Shown here: positions 62,515 to 64,000 of the stretch, piece by piece
Numbering within the stretch: position 1 is the first letter of the stretch
How the letters are laid out: each line of letters starts with the position of its first letter
Source: Octopus bimaculoides
Taxonomy: Eukaryota
Assembly (NCBI RefSeq): GCF_001194135.2
Contig: NC_069003.1
Span: 10,404,684-10,468,683 of the forward strand
DNA length: 64,000 nt
Reading direction: 5' to 3'
Position numbers and translations under genes: made by a program
The notes under the pieces: model-generated
Database searches by the model: none
The model's input: the letters and a program-made list of their open reading frames with translations, nothing else
What the model was told of the DNA's origin: nothing

Positions 62515-62932
62515 CTCTGACTGAGTTTAATGGGTCTGTTTCTTGATCTTTGATGTGTGCCCTAAAAGGATCAGTGTTGTTTTCTGTGGCTTTGGTATCT
62601 GAAGATGTGTGTAAGGATGAATTGTTCTCATTGGTCGAAGGTAAGTAGGATGAAGAACAGCTGTCGTTGGTCATAGAAAAACCATGTAAGGAAGAGCTTG
62701 TATTGGTCGTGTGCAAACTGTTTGAGGAAAAGTTCTGGCCAACTGATGGCAGATTACTCGACGAACAACTTTGATTGGTCAAAGATGGAGTGTGCGAAGA
62801 ACAGCTCTGATTGGTTGAGAGTGGACTGTGTGGTGAAGAGCTCTGATTGGTCACTTCTGTTGATGAATCACGACGACATTTTATGCTTTCAATGTGCTTG
62901 CTAACGTTAGCTTCCACAACTCGAAACCAACT
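62515..62932 (-). CDS. SNX19-like: Probable sorting nexin exon: Ser/Thr-rich linker with 12-aa repeats
   Basis: Acceptor ttttgttttgttactcag, 418 nt open frame, donor cagag|gtaaaa, phase 0 to 1. Same strand and upstream of the PXC exons, but needs one unseen intermediate exon (phase 1 to 2). Confidence 0.65.
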
Positions 62933-63339
62933 CTGAGTAACAAAACAAAAAATATACACATTAAACATGACAGAAAATGAGGTGATTAATTATGAATAAC
63001 CATCTCTCTCTCTCTCTCTCTCTATCTCTNNNNNNNNNNNNNNNNNNNTATATATATATATATATATATTCTTTTACTTGTTTTAGTTATTTGACTGTAG
63101 CCATGCTGGAGCACCACTCTAAATGACCCCAGGACTTATTCTTTGTAAGCTTAGTATTTATTCTATCAGTCTCTTTTGTCAAAGCACAAAGTTATGGGGA
63201 CATAAACACACCAGCATCAGTTGTCAAGCAATGGTGGTGGGTGGAGGAGAGAAACAAACACAGACACACACATAAATGTATACATATATATATCTATATA
63301 GCTATATGATGGGTCTATTTCAGTTTCTGTCTACCAAAT

Positions 63340-63750
63340 CCACTCACAACCAATTTCCCTGACCACTATTTCTGGGAGGGTCATGGAGATGGAGTCCTCA
63401 GGCACCTTCTCCATAGGTCCTATGAGAAGCAACTGTCCTTAGATTTTCTGGCTGGATTCCCAAACAAGACCACTTGAGACTATGGATAGTATCCAACCAT
63501 TTCATTCTTGGTCCACCCCTAAATCTCCTACAAGATAACCCATTCGAAAAAAAAACATTGTGATTCTTTCCTGTGACATTCTAATCAACAGGTCAGTAGT
63601 ACCAGAGCTATGACCACTCAATGTGAAGAAGTAGTGGCTTGACCTGAAGAGACTCTCTGATTTCTGAGCTATGCCCCTTGTGAAATAACTTTACTCCAGA
63701 AACTCTTTGGAGGTACTCCATACTCTTTTGGTCATTATCTAACATTCATG
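63340..63750 (-). pseudogene. RTE (Rex3/Expander-like) LINE 3' remnant
   Basis: Minus strand reads SSEIRESLQVKPLLLHIEWS*LW, matching SSxIRExLxVEPLLLHIERSQLRW. Confidence 0.65.
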
Positions 63751-64000
63751 GCCACAGATGAGAATAAGCGCAAAAATTGAATTGAAGACACACACACACA
63801 TATCATATTATATATATATATATATATTTGTGATTTTATATTATTAATTCATCAATAATATATTTAGGAACTCAATATTTAGTATTTCAAAAGATATATG
63901 TCCAACATAACATGGTAGCATAATAAATTTAAAAGTTTAAAACATAAAAATAAAAATACGGAATATAAATATCGATACATATAAAAATCTAAAAATAGAT

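Overview
Eukaryotic, AT-rich, repeat-dense genomic DNA with 12 assembly N-gaps. The SINE families and microsatellite load resemble an octopus/coleoid cephalopod genome (inference). Almost every ORF in the supplied track is a microsatellite or N-gap artefact. Manual splice-site reading recovers two intron-rich, convergent genes. (1) A plus-strand armadillo-repeat protein, co-linear with fungal Vac8 along its whole length: 13 readable coding exons from 12212 (or 5119) to a stop at 37989, about 557 aa, all GT-AG with consistent phases. One ARM-repeat exon is not visible and may lie in the gap 26762-27588. (2) The 3' end of a minus-strand PXA/PX/PXC sorting nexin (SNX19/13/14/25 family, yeast Mdm1 relatives): 4 readable exons from 62932 to a stop at 54679, with one exon apparently missing. 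The remainder is tRNA-derived SINEs (some in head-to-tail arrays within (ATT)n tracts), RTE, CR1/L2-like and R4/Dong-type LINE remnants, Tc1/mariner and piggyBac-like derivatives, a DINE-1/HINE-like Helentron derivative, a Gypsy integrase fragment, several long fold-back elements, minisatellites and long simple repeats. Exon coordinates were counted base by base; repeat boundaries are approximate.
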